Part shown: positions 19,625 through 29,691 of the stretch, one piece after another
Numbering within the stretch: the stretch's first letter is position 1
Layout of the letters: the number at the start of each line of letters is the position of its first letter
IMG/VR virus record: IMGVR_UViG_2654587674_000003
Direction: 5' to 3' (one strand)
DNA length: 64,000 bases
Source of the DNA: a virus
Lineage: Duplodnaviria > Heunggongvirae > Uroviricota > Caudoviricetes
Made by a program: the position numbers and the translations under genes
Notes under the pieces: generated by a model
The model's database searches: none
Told to the model about the DNA's origin: nothing
What the model saw: only the letters and a program-made list of their open reading frames with translations

Positions 19625-20431
19625 CTATGATTCCTTTTTGGTGTTCTTTTGGAGCGCATCGATAACGCCTTGTGGCATGATTAAACTGATTGCCGGACTC
19701 ATTACTGCATCATCCAGTAGAGAACCAGTTAACGTGATGGCGACAGCGTTCTCTAAACCTTTGGTTGCCTGAGTGGTTGACGTTTTAATGCGACCTGTAA
19801 GGGCTACGACACCCTCACTTGCTGAGTTAATTTCGGAGAGTAAAACTTCGGCGGCTGTCACTGCTTCCCGTAAAGCATCAATTTCATCCTGAGTAATGAC
19901 TGGAGCCTGAGCGCCCCCAGCACCACCCTGTCCACCATTGCTTTCACCACCACCAGCACTTCCGGCAGCTTCAATTTTTGCGTTAATGGCGTTCATGGCG
20001 GTTTTCAGAGCATCAAGTTTTAGCGCCGTCAATGCGTCCGTTAGAGATTGCGGAATGGAAACATTCCCCATTCCCTCAACAAGGGCGAAAGCAGGTATGG
20101 GGGTCAGCTCGTTACCTTTTGCGTAGCATTCCCAGCCAATCTTCATCTGTAACAACTCTGATGGCTTGGTGTATGGGGAAAGAGAATCAGCCAGTAATGA
20201 AGACGCTTTGCTGGCCTCATTGAGCTGTTCAGAAAAGCCAAGCAATTGAGTAGTCCAGGCCGAAACAGAATCAGGATAGGTTTTATCGGCGTGAACTATT
20301 CCCTGTATGGCGCTGGCGAGCGATGAGGCTTTTACAGAAGCTGCCCGGCTTATGGTTATAGATTCTGGTGTAGAGATACCGGCATCTGACAGAATTTTGA
20401 AGGCTTTAACTTCACCTATTGAATCAAGCAT
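19625..20431 (-). CDS. Helical hypothetical protein with Gly-rich linker (268 aa)
   Basis: ATG overlaps the stop of the upstream gene by 1 nt (TAATG). Confidence 0.45.
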   Translation of the reverse strand: MLDSIGEVKAFKILSDAGISTPESITISRAASVKASSLASAIQGIVHADKTYPDSVSAWTTQLLGFSEQLNEASKASSLLADSLSPYTKPSELLQMKIGWECYAKGNELTPIPAFALVEGMGNVSIPQSLTDALTALKLDALKTAMNAINAKIEAAGSAGGGESNGGQGGAGGAQAPVITQDEIDALREAVTAAEVLLSEINSASEGVVALTGRIKTSTTQATKGLENAVAITLTGSLLDDAVMSPAISLIMPQGVIDALQKNTKKES

Positions 20432-20715
20432 TATGCAACCTGAAAAATATCCTCGCCGTTGGCGATAACAGAACCACAAGAAAGCGGATCGCCTACACAG
20501 ACAACTCCCTTTCCACCTATCGAAAACCATACTCGCGTCGATACAACTGCCCCTGGATGTGCACTGTTACCGTCAGTGTGACTGGGAAACATGGCACCAT
20601 CTACAACAACTGGCTTACCGTTAACGGTGAACCAGGGAACAGTTTCAGCTACCAGTCGCGGCGGAAATCCTCCGTGACCAGAGCAAAGGGTGTCGCTGGT
20701 GGCTATTGCGCTCAT
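20431..20715 (-). CDS. PAAR-like small protein (94 aa)
   Basis: Strong RBS AGGAGGTG; CSGHGG...VNGKPVVVDG...IGGKGVVCVGDP...CG pattern resembles PAAR repeats. Confidence 0.4.
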   Translation of the reverse strand: MSAIATSDTLCSGHGGFPPRLVAETVPWFTVNGKPVVVDGAMFPSHTDGNSAHPGAVVSTRVWFSIGGKGVVCVGDPLSCGSVIANGEDIFQVA

Positions 20716-20794
20716 TCTTCACCTCCTGGTTATCCTCCTATTGTCATCACTTTGTTATTTCGTCATTCAAACTGAGAGTTAAATTTCGGAATAT

Positions 20795-20960
20795 TTTTGT
20801 ATTCTCAATTCATTCTCAAATAAATCTCACTGTCAGACCATCATTCATTGGGTGATTAAGATATTCTCAAAATGAACTCAATAAGCGCTCTTTTTATCTC
20901 GTTTGGTGTGGACTTTTGGGTGCTTCTCTTTTAAAATTACATTTTGATTCTCAAATGTGT
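20795..20960 (+). promoter_or_regulatory. parC-like centromere/promoter repeats upstream of parM
   Basis: ATTCTCAA(A/T) repeated at about 20801, 20812, 20863, 20947. Confidence 0.5.
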
Positions 20961-20980
20961 CTCAGAAGTGGAGCAAGAAG

Positions 20981-21937
20981 ATGCGCATTTTTATCGATGA
21001 TGGTTCAACCAATATCAAAATGCTGTGGGAGCACGATGGGGAAACTTGCACTCACATCAGCCCTAACAGCTTTAAGCGCGGATGGTCAGCAACATTTGGT
21101 GCTGGCAAGCCGTTTAACTATGTCATTGACGACGAAAAGTATTCGTATGATTTGATCTCGCCAGATGTTCTGCCGACGAATAACGTGGAATGGCAATACA
21201 GCCCGCTTAACGTCCTGGCTGTTCACCATGCCCTGCTGACAAGTGGCATTGAGCCGCAGGAAGTAGAAATTGTGGTCACGCTGCCTCTGGCGGAGTTTTA
21301 CGACGACGACGCGCAATACAATCTCGATAACATCGAGCGCAAGAAAGCCAGTCTTATGCGCCCCGTCACGCTGAATAAAGGCAATGTGTTCACGATTAAG
21401 AAAGTTACGGTACGACCGGAGTCTATTCCGGCAGGAATTGGCCTGTGCGACAATCTGAACCCTGCCCATTCTGTTCTTATCGTCGATTTGGGTGGAACTA
21501 CCCTTGATGTTTCAATGGTCGCTGGGCAAATGACGGCAGTTTCCCGTGTTTTTGGCGATTCGAATCTTGGTGTATCACTGGTCACCAGGGAAGTAAGGCA
21601 AGCACTTGCAAGGGCCAATACCGAAACGTCAAATTACAATGTTGATCAGCTCATTATTAACCGCCACGATGAAGATTATCTGAACGACAATATCAATGAC
21701 CCATCAGCGATTGGTGATGTGAAAAAGGCCATTGCCGCAAGCATTGACCGTCTGCGTACCCGCGTTCTTGATGTGATTGGCGACTTTAAAGGATATACGC
21801 ATGTCATGGTGATCGGTGGTGGCGCACCGCTGGTGGCAGATGCAATTCGCGAGCAAGTTAATATTCGTGATGACCGTTTCTTCGTGGCGGATGACCCGCA
21901 ACTTGCTCTTGTTCATGGCCTGAAAGCAATCGGTTAA
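20981..21937 (+). CDS. parM: Actin-like segregation ATPase ParM/StbA family
   Basis: Actin-fold motifs DDGSTN, DLGGTTLD, VIGGGA; RBS upstream of ATG 20981. Confidence 0.75.
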   Translation: MRIFIDDGSTNIKMLWEHDGETCTHISPNSFKRGWSATFGAGKPFNYVIDDEKYSYDLISPDVLPTNNVEWQYSPLNVLAVHHALLTSGIEPQEVEIVVTLPLAEFYDDDAQYNLDNIERKKASLMRPVTLNKGNVFTIKKVTVRPESIPAGIGLCDNLNPAHSVLIVDLGGTTLDVSMVAGQMTAVSRVFGDSNLGVSLVTREVRQALARANTETSNYNVDQLIINRHDEDYLNDNINDPSAIGDVKKAIAASIDRLRTRVLDVIGDFKGYTHVMVIGGGAPLVADAIREQVNIRDDRFFVADDPQLALVHGLKAIG

Positions 21938-21944
21938 CGAGGTA

Positions 21945-22289
21945 ATGTCCATGTCTCAGGAACGTAAGAAAGTGATGATTTATCTTCGCCCAGAGGCTTA
22001 TGCCAATGAAAAGGCGGCGAGCGAGAAGATAAAAAAACATAGCGATATGGCAAGAACCGCATTGTTGGCAGGGCTTGCGCTGGGAGAAGTCGATAGCAGG
22101 CTTCCAGGATTACTGGCTTCCCTGCTGACCGAAGACAATAACCCGGAGCTGATCCGAAAAATGCTGGCATCCTTCCTGGAACTACCAGCTGCGGTTGAGG
22201 AGCGCCCTGCCTCCATTGAGCCAGTGAAGGAGCAAGTTGTTGCCAAAAGCGCGTCGGCGCGCAATCTGGCTGACTCTCTACCTGATTGA
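21945..22289 (+). CDS. parR: ParR-like centromere-binding adaptor
   Basis: Follows parM; segment ALLAGLALGEVDSRLPGLLASLLTED resembles R1 ParR as I recall it. Confidence 0.6.
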   Translation: MSMSQERKKVMIYLRPEAYANEKAASEKIKKHSDMARTALLAGLALGEVDSRLPGLLASLLTEDNNPELIRKMLASFLELPAAVEERPASIEPVKEQVVAKSASARNLADSLPD

Positions 22290-22307
22290 CAGAAGATGTG
22301 CTGGTTT

Positions 22308-22332
22308 AAGGCTGCAAATTGCAGCCTTTTTT
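22308..22332 (+). terminator. Rho-independent terminator after parR
   Basis: AAGGCTGC-AAATT-GCAGCCTT followed by TTTTTT. Confidence 0.7.
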
Positions 22333-22576
22333 GTGCCTTAATGGTGTCTAATTAGTGTTGAACTGGCACCAGTTAGGTGCTGTTATGGTGCAATTTTGTA
22401 TCTGGTTCCAATTTAGGGCTGATTTCGTGTTAAATAGGATGCAATATAAGGTGTATTTGGTCTGATTGATGTTATACTTTGCCAAACATTCATGACTCCA
22501 TTATAGAGCCTGTCCCGCATCAAAAAGGCTCTTATCTGGAACCGTTTTGATACCAAAATCACACCGAGGAACGGAT

Positions 22577-23218
22577 ATGATTATATTGGTAGTCAGCCAA
22601 AAAGGTGGCTGTGGAAAATCAACCACAAGCGTAAACATCTGTGCGGAGCTTGCCCGCGCAAATAAGGATGTAGTGTTACTAGATGCAGACAAGCAAGGAA
22701 CAGCTGCCCGCTGGGCAGCTGACCGTAACACGGCAGAGGTTTCTCCTGTAATTCATTGTGTCCAGAAGTTTGGTAATATTCGAGAAACACTTCTCGATCT
22801 GGATAAGCGTTATGAATTTGTTGTTGTTGATACAGCCGGGCGCGATAGCAAAGAGATGCGTACAGGCATAACCGCTGCAGATATTGTGTTGGTCCCATTC
22901 AGACCATCTCAACCAGATTTAGACACGCTGGCACACTTTGTTGAAGTGTTTGAAGAGGCTTTGGACCTGATGCCTAATCCTAGCATTAAGGCGTTCGCAG
23001 TCTTAACAATGGCCCCATCCAATCCGGTTGTGAATGAAACCAATGAGGCCAAAGAGTACCTGGCTGAATATCCGCAACTGAAGTTGCTGAAAACCATCAT
23101 TCGTGATCGTAAGGTTTACCGCGATTGCATGGCTGAAGGGAAGGGCGTTGTTGAGATGGACAACGGGAAAGCTAAAGGTGAAATCCAGATGTTGGTTAAG
23201 GAGTTATTAAGTGATTAA
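22577..23218 (+). CDS. parA: Small ParA-type partition ATPase (type Ib, ParF-like)
   Basis: Deviant Walker A KGGCGKST; ATG 22577 with GAGGAA RBS. Confidence 0.8.
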   Translation: MIILVVSQKGGCGKSTTSVNICAELARANKDVVLLDADKQGTAARWAADRNTAEVSPVIHCVQKFGNIRETLLDLDKRYEFVVVDTAGRDSKEMRTGITAADIVLVPFRPSQPDLDTLAHFVEVFEEALDLMPNPSIKAFAVLTMAPSNPVVNETNEAKEYLAEYPQLKLLKTIIRDRKVYRDCMAEGKGVVEMDNGKAKGEIQMLVKELLSD

Positions 23219-23498
23219 GCCTCGTAAATCGGTAAAAGCCCCCGAAGTAAAAGACCCCGATCTTGAACGCCGAATTGAGGATTTTGCAAGTAAGGCTGAT
23301 TTGGTGCCGGGTGAGCAACCAGAAGACAACAAAGTGCTCGATAAGGACGCTCCACGTGATTTTAAATCTATTCGTGTTGGTTTCAATGAATACGAGTACC
23401 AGGTACTTGATGCGTTGAGCAAAAAGCATAATCGCAGCAAATTGAATATGATCCGCCATGCTATCCTCATGTTAGCGGAGTCTGAGGAAGCAAAATAA
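23211..23498 (+). CDS. ParG-like ribbon-helix-helix centromere-binding protein
   Basis: 95 aa, overlaps parA end; C-terminal RHH-like segment. Confidence 0.6.
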   Translation: MIKPRKSVKAPEVKDPDLERRIEDFASKADLVPGEQPEDNKVLDKDAPRDFKSIRVGFNEYEYQVLDALSKKHNRSKLNMIRHAILMLAESEEAK

Positions 23499-23539
23499 AG
23501 TCTTTCAGGTTTGTTTTAGAACTTAAAAAGTCTTGAACC

Positions 23540-23577
23540 AAAGGTGCACCAATACACCACTAATTTGGTGCACCTTT
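23540..23577. promoter_or_regulatory. Two palindromic GGTGCACC octamers 24 bp apart (candidate partition site or regulator site)
   Basis: AAAGGTGCACC ... GGTGCACCTTT perfect inverted repeat downstream of parG. Confidence 0.4.
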
Positions 23578-23766
23578 ACATCCTTTTTGGTTCCAATTGT
23601 GTACCATTTATCATTAATTTACTTATGCGCAAAAGTGGGCTTCATGAAAAAGCTCATTATTGAAATAACGATAGAAAGTAATTTCTAATCAACTAGTGGT
23701 TGTCAGCCTATTCGGCTTATAAGATCATACGCTGTTATACGTTGTTTACGCTTTGAGGAATCCACA

Positions 23767-25428
23767 ATGAGTGAGGCAGAAGCCCGCCCGACTAACTTTA
23801 TTCGTCAGATCATCGATGAAGATCTGGCCAGTGGTAAGCACACCACAGTACATACCCGTTTCCCGCCGGAACCGAATGGCTATCTGCATATTGGTCATGC
23901 GAAATCTATCTGCCTGAACTTCGGGATCGCCCAGGACTATAAAGGCCAGTGCAACCTGCGTTTCGACGACACTAACCCGGTAAAAGAAGATATCGAGTAC
24001 GTCGAGTCGATTAAAAACGACGTTGAATGGTTAGGTTTTCACTGGTCTGGCGACATCCGTTACTCCTCCGATTATTTTGACAAACTCCATGCCTATGCTG
24101 TTGAACTGATCAACAAAGGCCTGGCGTATGTTGACGAACTGACGCCAGAACAGATCCGCGAATACCGCGGCACCCTGACGCAGCCGGGTAAAAACAGCCC
24201 GTACCGCGACCGCAGCGTTGAAGAGAACCTGGCGCTGTTCGAAAAAATGCGTGCCGGTGGTTTTGAAGAAGGTAAAGCCTGCCTGCGTGCGAAAATCGAC
24301 ATGGCTTCGCCGTTTATCGTGATGCGCGACCCGGTGCTGTACCGTATTAAGTTTGCTGAACACCACCAGACTGGCAACAAGTGGTGCATCTACCCGATGT
24401 ACGACTTCACCCACTGCATCAGCGATGCGCTGGAAGGTATTACGCACTCTCTGTGTACGCTTGAGTTCCAGGACAACCGTCGTCTGTATGACTGGGTACT
24501 GGACAACATCACCATTCCTGTTCACCCGCGCCAGTACGAATTCTCGCGCCTGAATCTGGAATACACCGTGATGTCCAAGCGTAAGCTGAACCTGCTGGTG
24601 ACCGACAAGCACGTTGAAGGCTGGGATGACCCGCGTATGCCGACCATTTCCGGTCTGCGTCGTCGTGGTTACACTGCGGCTTCTATTCGTGAGTTCTGCA
24701 AACGCATCGGCGTGACCAAGCAGGACAACACCATTGAGATGGCGTCGCTGGAATCCTGCATTCGTGAAGATCTCAACGAAAACGCCCCGCGCGCAATGGC
24801 GGTTATCGATCCGGTGAAACTGGTCATCGAAAACTATCAGGGCGAAGGCGAAATGGTCACCATGCCGAACCATCCAAACAAACCGGAAATGGGTAGCCGT
24901 CAGGTGCCGTTTAGCGGTGAGATTTGGATCGACCGCGCCGATTTCCGAGAAGAAGCTAACAAGCAGTACAAACGTCTGGTGCTGGGTAAAGAAGTGCGTC
25001 TGCGTAATGCTTACGTCATTAAGGCTGAACGCGTGGAGAAAGATGCCGAAGGTAATATCACCACCATCTTCTGTACTTATGACGCCGACACCTTAAGCAA
25101 AGATCCGGCAGATGGTCGTAAAGTGAAAGGCGTTATTCACTGGGTGAGCGCGGCACATGCGCTGCCGGTTGAAATCCGCCTGTACGATCGTCTGTTCAAC
25201 GTGCCGAACCCAGGTGCTGCGGATGATTTCCTGTCGGTGATTAACCCGGAATCGCTGGTGATCAAACAAGGCTTTGCTGAACCGTCGCTGAAAGAAGCGG
25301 TAGCGGGTAAAGCATTCCAGTTTGAGCGTGAAGGTTATTTCTGCCTCGACAGCCGCCATTCTACGGCGGAAAAACCGGTATTTAACCGCACCGTTGGACT
25401 GCGTGATACCTGGGCGAAGTTAGGTTAA
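23767..25428 (+). CDS. glnS: Glutaminyl-tRNA synthetase
   Basis: 553 aa; HIGH motif ([12 protein letters not shown]), VMSKR; near-identical to enterobacterial GlnRS as I recall it; own promoter region and terminator. Confidence 0.95.
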   Translation: MSEAEARPTNFIRQIIDEDLASGKHTTVHTRFPPEPNGYLHIGHAKSICLNFGIAQDYKGQCNLRFDDTNPVKEDIEYVESIKNDVEWLGFHWSGDIRYSSDYFDKLHAYAVELINKGLAYVDELTPEQIREYRGTLTQPGKNSPYRDRSVEENLALFEKMRAGGFEEGKACLRAKIDMASPFIVMRDPVLYRIKFAEHHQTGNKWCIYPMYDFTHCISDALEGITHSLCTLEFQDNRRLYDWVLDNITIPVHPRQYEFSRLNLEYTVMSKRKLNLLVTDKHVEGWDDPRMPTISGLRRRGYTAASIREFCKRIGVTKQDNTIEMASLESCIREDLNENAPRAMAVIDPVKLVIENYQGEGEMVTMPNHPNKPEMGSRQVPFSGEIWIDRADFREEANKQYKRLVLGKEVRLRNAYVIKAERVEKDAEGNITTIFCTYDADTLSKDPADGRKVKGVIHWVSAAHALPVEIRLYDRLFNVPNPGAADDFLSVINPESLVIKQGFAEPSLKEAVAGKAFQFEREGYFCLDSRHSTAEKPVFNRTVGLRDTWAKLG

Positions 25429-25452
25429 TAGGTATTTCGCCACATGAAAAAG

Positions 25453-25479
25453 TAAACGCCGCTACTGCGGCGTTTTTTA
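25453..25479. terminator. Bidirectional terminator between convergent glnS and dmt
   Basis: AACGCCGC-TACT-GCGGCGTT plus TTTTTT; T-rich on the opposite strand as well. Confidence 0.75.
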
Positions 25480-28095
25480 CTTCATTATTGCAATTATATC
25501 GTTAGCAACTACACGTGTTGACGCCTTGCAGGAAACCGACCGTCTGGCTGCCATATGATGTACTTTAAACCCGTTTCCTTCATATAGTTCACGGATGTTT
25601 GGTGCACCACTATTTGTAATCACTACCTTAGCGCCGCGCTGGTGGGCTTCCACCAATAGAGATACCAGCCGTTTCTGTTCGTCGAAACGGAAGCTATTTC
25701 CTGAATAACTGGTAAACCCTTCTGTATCCGGCAGCGGTTCATACGGCGGATCGCAAAAAATCACATCGCCTTCACCAGCCGCCTCGATGACGCCAGCAAA
25801 GTCACCTGATACAAAGGACGTGTTTTTGAGTACGTCATCAGCCAAAAATGCCTCCATCTCTGCATGTGGGAAGTAGGGCGCTTTGTATTTGCCATACCCC
25901 ACGTTGAACTCGCCATTTTGGTTGTACCGCGTTACGCCATTAAAACAGTGCCGATTAAGGTACAAAAAGGCGGCAGCATGATGTAGCTGGTCATACTTTC
26001 CTCTGTTAAATGCCTCACGCACTTCGAGGTAAGCGTCAGCGTTGTTGTAATTTTGGAAAAAACTATATGACAGCGTGACGAGCGAATGTCCTTCTCGCTG
26101 CAATGTCTGATAGAAGTTAATCAGGTCACCGTTAATATCATTAAGCAGGTTGTGGCGAAATCCTGCATTCGTAAATACAGAACCGCCACCAACGAACGGT
26201 TCTATTAACCGCTTGCCGTGTGGTAGATGCTCAAGCACTGTAGGCAACTCTGAGAATTTACCGCCTACCCATTTGAAGATCGGACGCTCATATTCATCCG
26301 GAGTCCGGAGTTTTCTTGTGTAGGTAATGGTATTTATTGTTTTTGGCTGTTTAGCTTCCACAGTCGCAAGAATGCGACACCCAATCCATTGCATAACAGG
26401 AACTGCCATGCTGTTGCCAATCGCTTTGTAACGCGGCCCGTCAGCAGCGAGCATCGCGGCCTCTTCTTCGCTTAAATCTGGATAGTGATTGCGAAGGTAT
26501 GCCAGTTCATCTGAGGAAATTGTTTTACGCTTTTCCGTCGGGATCAACGTATGCCCATCAGGAAAACCTTGCAGCCTTTCACATTCGATAGGGGTAAGAC
26601 GGCGAACACTCATCATATGAGGTAAGTAACCATTATCACCTAATTCGCCTTTTTCAATACTTTTCTGCCCCCCAAAAGATAACGCAACGGCGTCAGCTGT
26701 AGCGCGGGAATCAAGAGTGAAACTTATCTCTTTTTGCCACCCTTTACCCTGCGGTCCAGCATCATCTTTTCGCCCAATTTGTGCATGTTGTAGCGAATAC
26801 GCAACAGCTGGTGGGCATCCTGCATTTGGATTGCTATTAACAGTATTACCAGATCGTAAAGTCGGAGAACATTCAATAGAAACATCTTGTCCATAATCTT
26901 TGCAGGAAAAAGCTACGACTGCATTTTCTTGACCATGGTTACGACCAATAGTATGTGCCAATTCACAATTAACATCAGGATCTTGTGTTCCATGAATAGC
27001 CATCACTGCCAGATGTTCGTGACTTTCTTGTGCTCTGGCACGAAGAGTGCCTGCACCTTCACGCCAAATACCAGCACCAGTACTACTGAAAACTGCTAAA
27101 TCGGTTGCATCTTTAAAATCTCTGGCCTTGACAGTAGAAGCAGTCTCATCATCAGCATATTCGCCAAATGCAACCATTCGATAAGCACCAACAAGCCCAC
27201 TTCCGCGCTGCGCAAAAATCTCCTGGTTACTTGCGCCGATCCCGCCAGTATTGTGTGACTGGTTAAGTGTCGGGTGCGGATTTACAGGGTTATCCCAATG
27301 GCTCCCGCTTTTAATGCCATTTCCAACATTTCCGGCAACTTCCTTCCCCTCGCCTCTGCTCGGCGCAATATTCCGGCGCACGCCTTCGAACTCAAAAAGT
27401 ACCGTTGCGGGATCGAGGTCTGTTCGAGCACTTGCGACAACAAACACGCGTCGGCGTCGTTGTGCCACTCCGAAGTATTGGGCATCAAGGATTCTCCAGG
27501 CCACCTTTCGCTGCGGTCCATAAATACAACCACACTGCGGCCACTTTGGAGCATGGCAACCGGTTTTGCCATCCCACCGCCAGAACGCGTTACTTTTTCC
27601 TGATTCAGGTCGATCACCTGGTTCAAATGGCGCATCTTCTCCAGCCAATCCGGCAAGGAAACATCCGAAGGCGTTATCTGCCGATGACAGGACTCCTGGG
27701 ACATTTTCCCAGACGATAACTGTCGGTTTGAGGAAGGACTCAGACCGTTTGTCGTCAATTGCATTTGCAAGCTCCACATACTTCAAAGTTAGCGCGCCGC
27801 GTTCATCATCAAGCCCACCACGTAAGCCCGCGATACTGAATGCCTGACAAGGCGTACCCCCGACGAGCACATCAGGGGATTCGATTTCCCCAGCCAGGAC
27901 TTTTTTGGCAAGTTTTGTCATGTCGCCAAGGTTGGCGACATGGGGCCAGCGGTGCGCAAGAACGGCAGATGGAAAAGGCTCGATTTCAGCAAACCACGCC
28001 GGACGCATACCCAACGGTTCCCAGGCAATGCTCGCTGCTTCAATTCCACTGCAAACTGAACCATATCTAAGGTTAACGTTCTGCTTCACCACCAA
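25477..28095 (-). CDS. dmt: Bifunctional DNA methyltransferase: N-terminal C5-cytosine MTase domain + C-terminal Dam-like N6-adenine MTase domain
   Basis: 872 aa; [12 protein letters not shown] and ENV motifs N-terminal; FVGGGS and DPPY motifs C-terminal; TTG/GTG start with GGAGG. Confidence 0.8.
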   Translation of the reverse strand: MVVKQNVNLRYGSVCSGIEAASIAWEPLGMRPAWFAEIEPFPSAVLAHRWPHVANLGDMTKLAKKVLAGEIESPDVLVGGTPCQAFSIAGLRGGLDDERGALTLKYVELANAIDDKRSESFLKPTVIVWENVPGVLSSADNAFGCFLAGLAGEDAPFEPGDRPESGKSNAFWRWDGKTGCHAPKWPQCGCIYGPQRKVAWRILDAQYFGVAQRRRRVFVVASARTDLDPATVLFEFEGVRRNIAPSRGEGKEVAGNVGNGIKSGSHWDNPVNPHPTLNQSHNTGGIGASNQEIFAQRGSGLVGAYRMVAFGEYADDETASTVKARDFKDATDLAVFSSTGAGIWREGAGTLRARAQESHEHLAVMAIHGTQDPDVNCELAHTIGRNHGQENAVVAFSCKDYGQDVSIECSPTLRSGNTVNSNPNAGCPPAVAYSLQHAQIGRKDDAGPQGKGWQKEISFTLDSRATADAVALSFGGQKSIEKGELGDNGYLPHMMSVRRLTPIECERLQGFPDGHTLIPTEKRKTISSDELAYLRNHYPDLSEEEAAMLAADGPRYKAIGNSMAVPVMQWIGCRILATVEAKQPKTINTITYTRKLRTPDEYERPIFKWVGGKFSELPTVLEHLPHGKRLIEPFVGGGSVFTNAGFRHNLLNDINGDLINFYQTLQREGHSLVTLSYSFFQNYNNADAYLEVREAFNRGKYDQLHHAAAFLYLNRHCFNGVTRYNQNGEFNVGYGKYKAPYFPHAEMEAFLADDVLKNTSFVSGDFAGVIEAAGEGDVIFCDPPYEPLPDTEGFTSYSGNSFRFDEQKRLVSLLVEAHQRGAKVVITNSGAPNIRELYEGNGFKVHHMAARRSVSCKASTRVVANDIIAIMK

Positions 28096-28978
28096 CGGCC
28101 TCCACTAGCGAAGTGAACATCGCGGATAATTCAGCAGTAAACAGGATAAAGTCAGCGTCAAATCGTTGCGCAACATCCTCTCGATCAATATCGTCGTTCT
28201 GGTCGTACAATTCGTCGCTGAACGACAAAGCCTTGATACTCATATCGTCATTCAGTCTGAAAAATGCACGGTCTTGCCAGTTAACCGCAACTGTGGTTGC
28301 AACCTTACCAGCTTCTATATGACTCATGATCTCGTCGGATAGCAGGTCCACTTTTTTGCAGCGGACCGCGCCGCCATCATCAAGCAATGCTTTTAAGGTC
28401 GCTTCCTCACCGGCACGGAAACCGTTCGGGAAGCCATTTTTAATCCAGCCAGTGATGGTCAGTTCTAATGGGTCTTTCGGAGAGAAGGGGACCACTGGCA
28501 AGCTGCCAAGCGATTTCCGTAACAAAGCCAGCTGATCCTCTGCTTTTTTAGCACTGCTGGCCTCGACAAAAACCAGATGATTGCTTCGGTCTATCAGGAT
28601 TTTAGCGACTGATTTTCTCGTGAAAGCACGAGGAAGAAGAGAGTGAAGCACTTCATCCTTCAGCGAATCTTTTTCGGTCTTCTTCAGCTTTCTGTCTTGC
28701 TCTTCTTCAAGTGTCAGGATTTTTTTCTGTAACTCTTCTTTGAGCACTTGAGAAGGTAGGATTTTTTCCTCTCGTTTATGCTGTATCAGAAGAAAACCCT
28801 GGTATTCATGGGTGAGGTTGTCACCAAGAACGGGGGTCCAACCAGCTTTAGTCATATCCTGAGAACCGCATGGGGTAAACACAAACTTGCTAAGGGCTGC
28901 ATTTACTTCTGCAGTATCCCAGCTAACTTCGCGTGAAAGACGATAGATGAAGATATTTTTGAAAGCGACTGATCTCAT
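28073..28978 (-). CDS. rdgC: Recombination-associated protein RdgC homolog
   Basis: 301 aa; extended colinear similarity to E. coli RdgC (e.g. [38 protein letters not shown]). Confidence 0.8.
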   Translation of the reverse strand: MRSVAFKNIFIYRLSREVSWDTAEVNAALSKFVFTPCGSQDMTKAGWTPVLGDNLTHEYQGFLLIQHKREEKILPSQVLKEELQKKILTLEEEQDRKLKKTEKDSLKDEVLHSLLPRAFTRKSVAKILIDRSNHLVFVEASSAKKAEDQLALLRKSLGSLPVVPFSPKDPLELTITGWIKNGFPNGFRAGEEATLKALLDDGGAVRCKKVDLLSDEIMSHIEAGKVATTVAVNWQDRAFFRLNDDMSIKALSFSDELYDQNDDIDREDVAQRFDADFILFTAELSAMFTSLVEAVGGEAER

Positions 28979-28984
28979 GTCTCA

Positions 28985-29027
28985 CCATTTGTGTTAGAAA
29001 ATACATATTAATTATCTAACACAAATG
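28985..29027. promoter_or_regulatory. Palindromic operator pair (CATTTGTGTTAGA ... TCTAACACAAATG) immediately upstream of rdgC
   Basis: Perfect 13-bp inverted repeats 17 bp apart; each contains the TGTTAGAAAA/TTTTCTAACA family core. Confidence 0.6.
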
Positions 29028-29037
29028 GGTGCATTTT

Positions 29038-29691
29038 CTATCCTTTCTTGAAATCGAAGTTGCCAGCAGTGGCCTGAAAGGTTCCTCCTGCCTTGAAAGC
29101 TATGTCTCCGTTAGCGGTGACAGCAATATTTTCCCCATTAACATTGATGTTGTTGGCTGATTTGACGTTAACACTCCCTCCTGCATTCACGATTACATCA
29201 GCCGGACCAATGATATATATCTGCCCAGACTCATTTATGCCAATCCTTGAGCCTGCTGCCGTATTGGCAATTTCATAGCCGCCACCAGCAGTTCGTACTT
29301 CAAGAATATTGTTGCGGTGAATAACGAAGTCTTTCGTTGCTGAGATTTGGGGGCGGGGAGGTGCTCCATCTACTTCCGGCGGCGTCCAGCCGTTGCCTTT
29401 GCCAGATGCTTCTGGTGCAACGTTTGGAATTCCTCCCGGTGCATCCTGAGCGGCACCAACTATCATTGGGCGTCTGGTGTCTATTCGACCGTTAACATCT
29501 AAATAAGGAAACTCCACCCAGACCAGGTCACCTTTGACTGTAGGTACAAAAGCGTTCCCGATGGGTAACTGGTATTCCGCCCAGGGTAGATCGTCATCAG
29601 GAACGCCATTCCAGTCAGGTAAAACACGGACTTGAGCACGCATAAGCCCTGCCGGGTGCACAGTTCCAACAATTTGCGCTCTACGCTTCAT
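29038..29691 (-). CDS. Baseplate spike protein (gpV / Mu gp45-like)
   Basis: N-terminal OB-like region then G/N/V-rich beta-helix-like repeats. Confidence 0.55.
   Translation of the reverse strand: MKRRAQIVGTVHPAGLMRAQVRVLPDWNGVPDDDLPWAEYQLPIGNAFVPTVKGDLVWVEFPYLDVNGRIDTRRPMIVGAAQDAPGGIPNVAPEASGKGNGWTPPEVDGAPPRPQISATKDFVIHRNNILEVRTAGGGYEIANTAAGSRIGINESGQIYIIGPADVIVNAGGSVNVKSANNINVNGENIAVTANGDIAFKAGGTFQATAGNFDFKKG

Noticed and set aside
24031-24873. 280-aa minus-strand ORF antisense to glnS
   Set aside because: glnS is unambiguous on the plus strand; the antisense frame is a GC-bias artifact.
27251-28108. Multiple short ORFs on both strands inside dmt
   Set aside because: Nested in a gene with strong methyltransferase motifs; no independent signals.
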